Of a stretch of 64,000 nucleotides of DNA, positions 62,885 through 64,000 are shown piece after piece (the stretch's first letter is position 1; each line of letters starts with the position of its first letter). This stretch comes from Candidatus Liptonbacteria bacterium (GTDB lineage: Bacteria; Patescibacteriota; Minisyncoccia; UBA6257; 2-01-FULL-56-20). A program made the translations under genes and the position numbers. Location: NCBI GenBank assembly GCA_016867315.1, contig VGJV01000004.1, positions 37,431 through 101,430 on the forward strand, written 5' to 3'. Below the pieces are notes generated by a model. The model was not told the DNA's origin, ran no database searches, and was given only the letters and a program-made list of their open reading frames with translations.

Positions 62885-64000
62885 GTATTAAACTTTCAGG
62901 AATTTTGCCGACCAAACCCACGGCGCGATGCGCCGCGGCAAAGGGAAACACTGGCTCGCCGCGCAAAGCGCGGCTCGCCAAGCGCAGGTTCGAGCCAAAG
63001 ATTTCTTTGGCAGCAACCTTTTTCTCCAAAAGGTTGCTATCCCTTGCGATTTTGACGAGGTTTGAAGCGACTTTTATCCATTCTTTCATCGGTTCGAGCC
63101 AATCATTCTGCTTTTGTTCAATCCGCGCCATTTTCTCCTCCAGCGACTTCTTTTCCAAAAGGAGTTTTTGTTTTTTCTCGCGGTAAATTTCTCTTTCAAT
63201 ATCCTGCTCTAAATAGCCATCCAAGAGTCGCTGGAGTTTTTCGTTTATGATGCGGATTGTATTTTGACTTTCCGAAACAAAAGCAGAAACGGATTGGGCG
63301 GATTTGTTTTTGTTCACTTCTGCCATTTGCAAAAGTTTTTCCGCCCAATCCGCACGCAAAGAAAATTTTTGAAGCAGAGAGGAAATTTGCCTATCCAATT
63401 CCTCTTGGCGAATACAGGGTTCGGGGCATTTCACCGATTTGTTTTTCTTGGTGCAGTGGTAGTAAATATAATCGTGGATATTTCCATTTTTCTGTTTCTT
63501 AACCCTGTATTCGCCAGTGATGGACATTCCGCAAGTGCCACACTTTAGAAGTCCGCAATAATCTTGCGGCTTATACTTCGTTTTATGGTGCGGCCTTCCT
63601 CTCTGCTTCAAAACTTCTTGGACTTTATCAAAAATTTTCTTTGCGATGATTGGCTCGTGCTTGCCCTCGTGTAATTCTTTGGAATAGCGAAACAGTCCAG
63701 TGTAAAACGGATTTGAGAGGATAAAAGTCGCCCTCGTCTTGTGGATTTTCTTTCCGCCGCGGGATAGTATTCCGCGTTGCGCCAAAAAGTCGGAAATATC
63801 CTCTAACCGCGAATTACCCTTGGCATAAAGTTCAAAAGCCCCGCGAATAACTTTTGCTTTCTTTCTGTCCGCGACAACAGATTTGGTTCGGCTGTCGTTA
63901 ATGTAGCCGATTGGCGCGGGGCCGGGGTATTCTCCACGCTTAACTTTTTGGCGCAAACCACGCTTCGTGTTTTCGGAAAGAGAATCCACATAGTATTTGC
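62844..64000 (-). CDS. large serine recombinase (5' end lies beyond window edge)
   Basis: Aligns with recombinase 37314..38870 from its recombinase domain onward (PIGYINDSR, NPFYTGLFRY, zinc ribbon CGLLKCGTCGMSITGEY...YYHCTKKNKSVKCPEPC, coiled coil, IFGSNLRL); last codons antisense to tRNA-Glu (..PPTGFEPVFLR*). Confidence 0.8.
   Translation of the reverse strand, partial: KYYVDSLSENTKRGLRQKVKRGEYPGPAPIGYINDSRTKSVVADRKKAKVIRGAFELYAKGNSRLEDISDFLAQRGILSRGGKKIHKTRATFILSNPFYTGLFRYSKELHEGKHEPIIAKKIFDKVQEVLKQRGRPHHKTKYKPQDYCGLLKCGTCGMSITGEYRVKKQKNGNIHDYIYYHCTKKNKSVKCPEPCIRQEELDRQISSLLQKFSLRADWAEKLLQMAEVNKNKSAQSVSAFVSESQNTIRIINEKLQRLLDGYLEQDIEREIYREKKQKLLLEKKSLEEKMARIEQKQNDWLEPMKEWIKVASNLVKIARDSNLLEKKVAAKEIFGSNLRLASRALRGEPVFPFAAAHRAVGLVGKIPESLILVPPTGFEPVFLR

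Noticed and set aside
1-64000. Alternative genetic code (UGA or UAG reassignment, as in some CPR lineages)
   Set aside because: Conserved genes (metG, leuS, liv genes, rplL, ftsI etc.) are intact under code 11 and terminate at TGA/TAG/TAA. The single in-frame TAG (31357) is isolated and other genes use TAG as a stop.

Overview
This 64-kb window looks like a compact bacterial chromosome segment, probably from a Candidate Phyla Radiation / Patescibacteria-type genome. The lineage guess rests on the split transketolase, many small membrane proteins and the DGR. The genetic code is standard: TGA and TAG act as stops in well-conserved genes.

Housekeeping genes make up most of the window:
- Central metabolism: rpe, a split transketolase, class II FBP aldolase, two PfkB kinases, hom and gpsA.
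- Translation: metG, leuS, rplY, rpmG, rplJ and rplL.
- Transport and envelope: a LivKHMGF branched-chain amino-acid ABC transporter and the mraZ-rsmH-ftsL-ftsI-murF cluster.
- RNA genes: ten tRNA genes.

Three regions stand out from this background.

1. A complete diversity-generating retroelement (DGR) lies at about 18.7-21.2 kb.
- It has a target gene with a C-terminal variable region (VR), a template repeat (TR) about 370 bp downstream, and a DGR-type reverse transcriptase with the IGNLTSQ motif.
- VR and TR differ at about 23 positions over about 120 bp, and every difference sits at a TR adenine, mostly in AAC codons.
- A clearly recognisable avd gene lies on the opposite strand. Its ATG abuts the RT ATG inside a CATATG palindrome. 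It is frameshifted in the present sequence by a G10 homopolymer tract.

2. A tRNA-rich accessory region at about 36.6-46 kb, with echoes at 52.8 kb and 62.8 kb, carries a family of large serine recombinases.
- Each recombinase gene's 3' end is encoded antisense to the 3' half of a tRNA gene: tRNA-Ala(GGC), tRNA-Thr(GGT), tRNA-Glu(CTC), plus a C-terminal remnant at tRNA-Val(CAC).
- One copy is bracketed by a perfect 133-bp inverted repeat whose outer boundary is the CCACCA 3' end of tRNA-Ala.
- Between the recombinases sits an island with an XRE regulator, an HExxH protein and a 598-aa cysteine-rich protein.
- The island also holds several broken genes: a truncated FAD oxidoreductase, a frameshifted HAD hydrolase and a catalytic-domain-less recombinase.

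3. Large secreted cysteine-rich proteins with internal repeats lie at 32.2-35.6 kb.

Other observations:
- rsmH carries an in-frame 42-bp tandem repeat of about 3.5 copies.
- Several frameshifts fall in homopolymer runs: the avd G10 run, a P-type ATPase G5 run and the HAD hydrolase A6 run. This suggests either assembly indel errors or real pseudogenisation.
- A DUF475/TerC-like gene is interrupted by an in-frame TAG.
- Two noncoding regions are highly structured: about 2.7-3.3 kb and about 11.7-12.0 kb.
- No CRISPR array, rRNA gene or prophage structural genes were seen.
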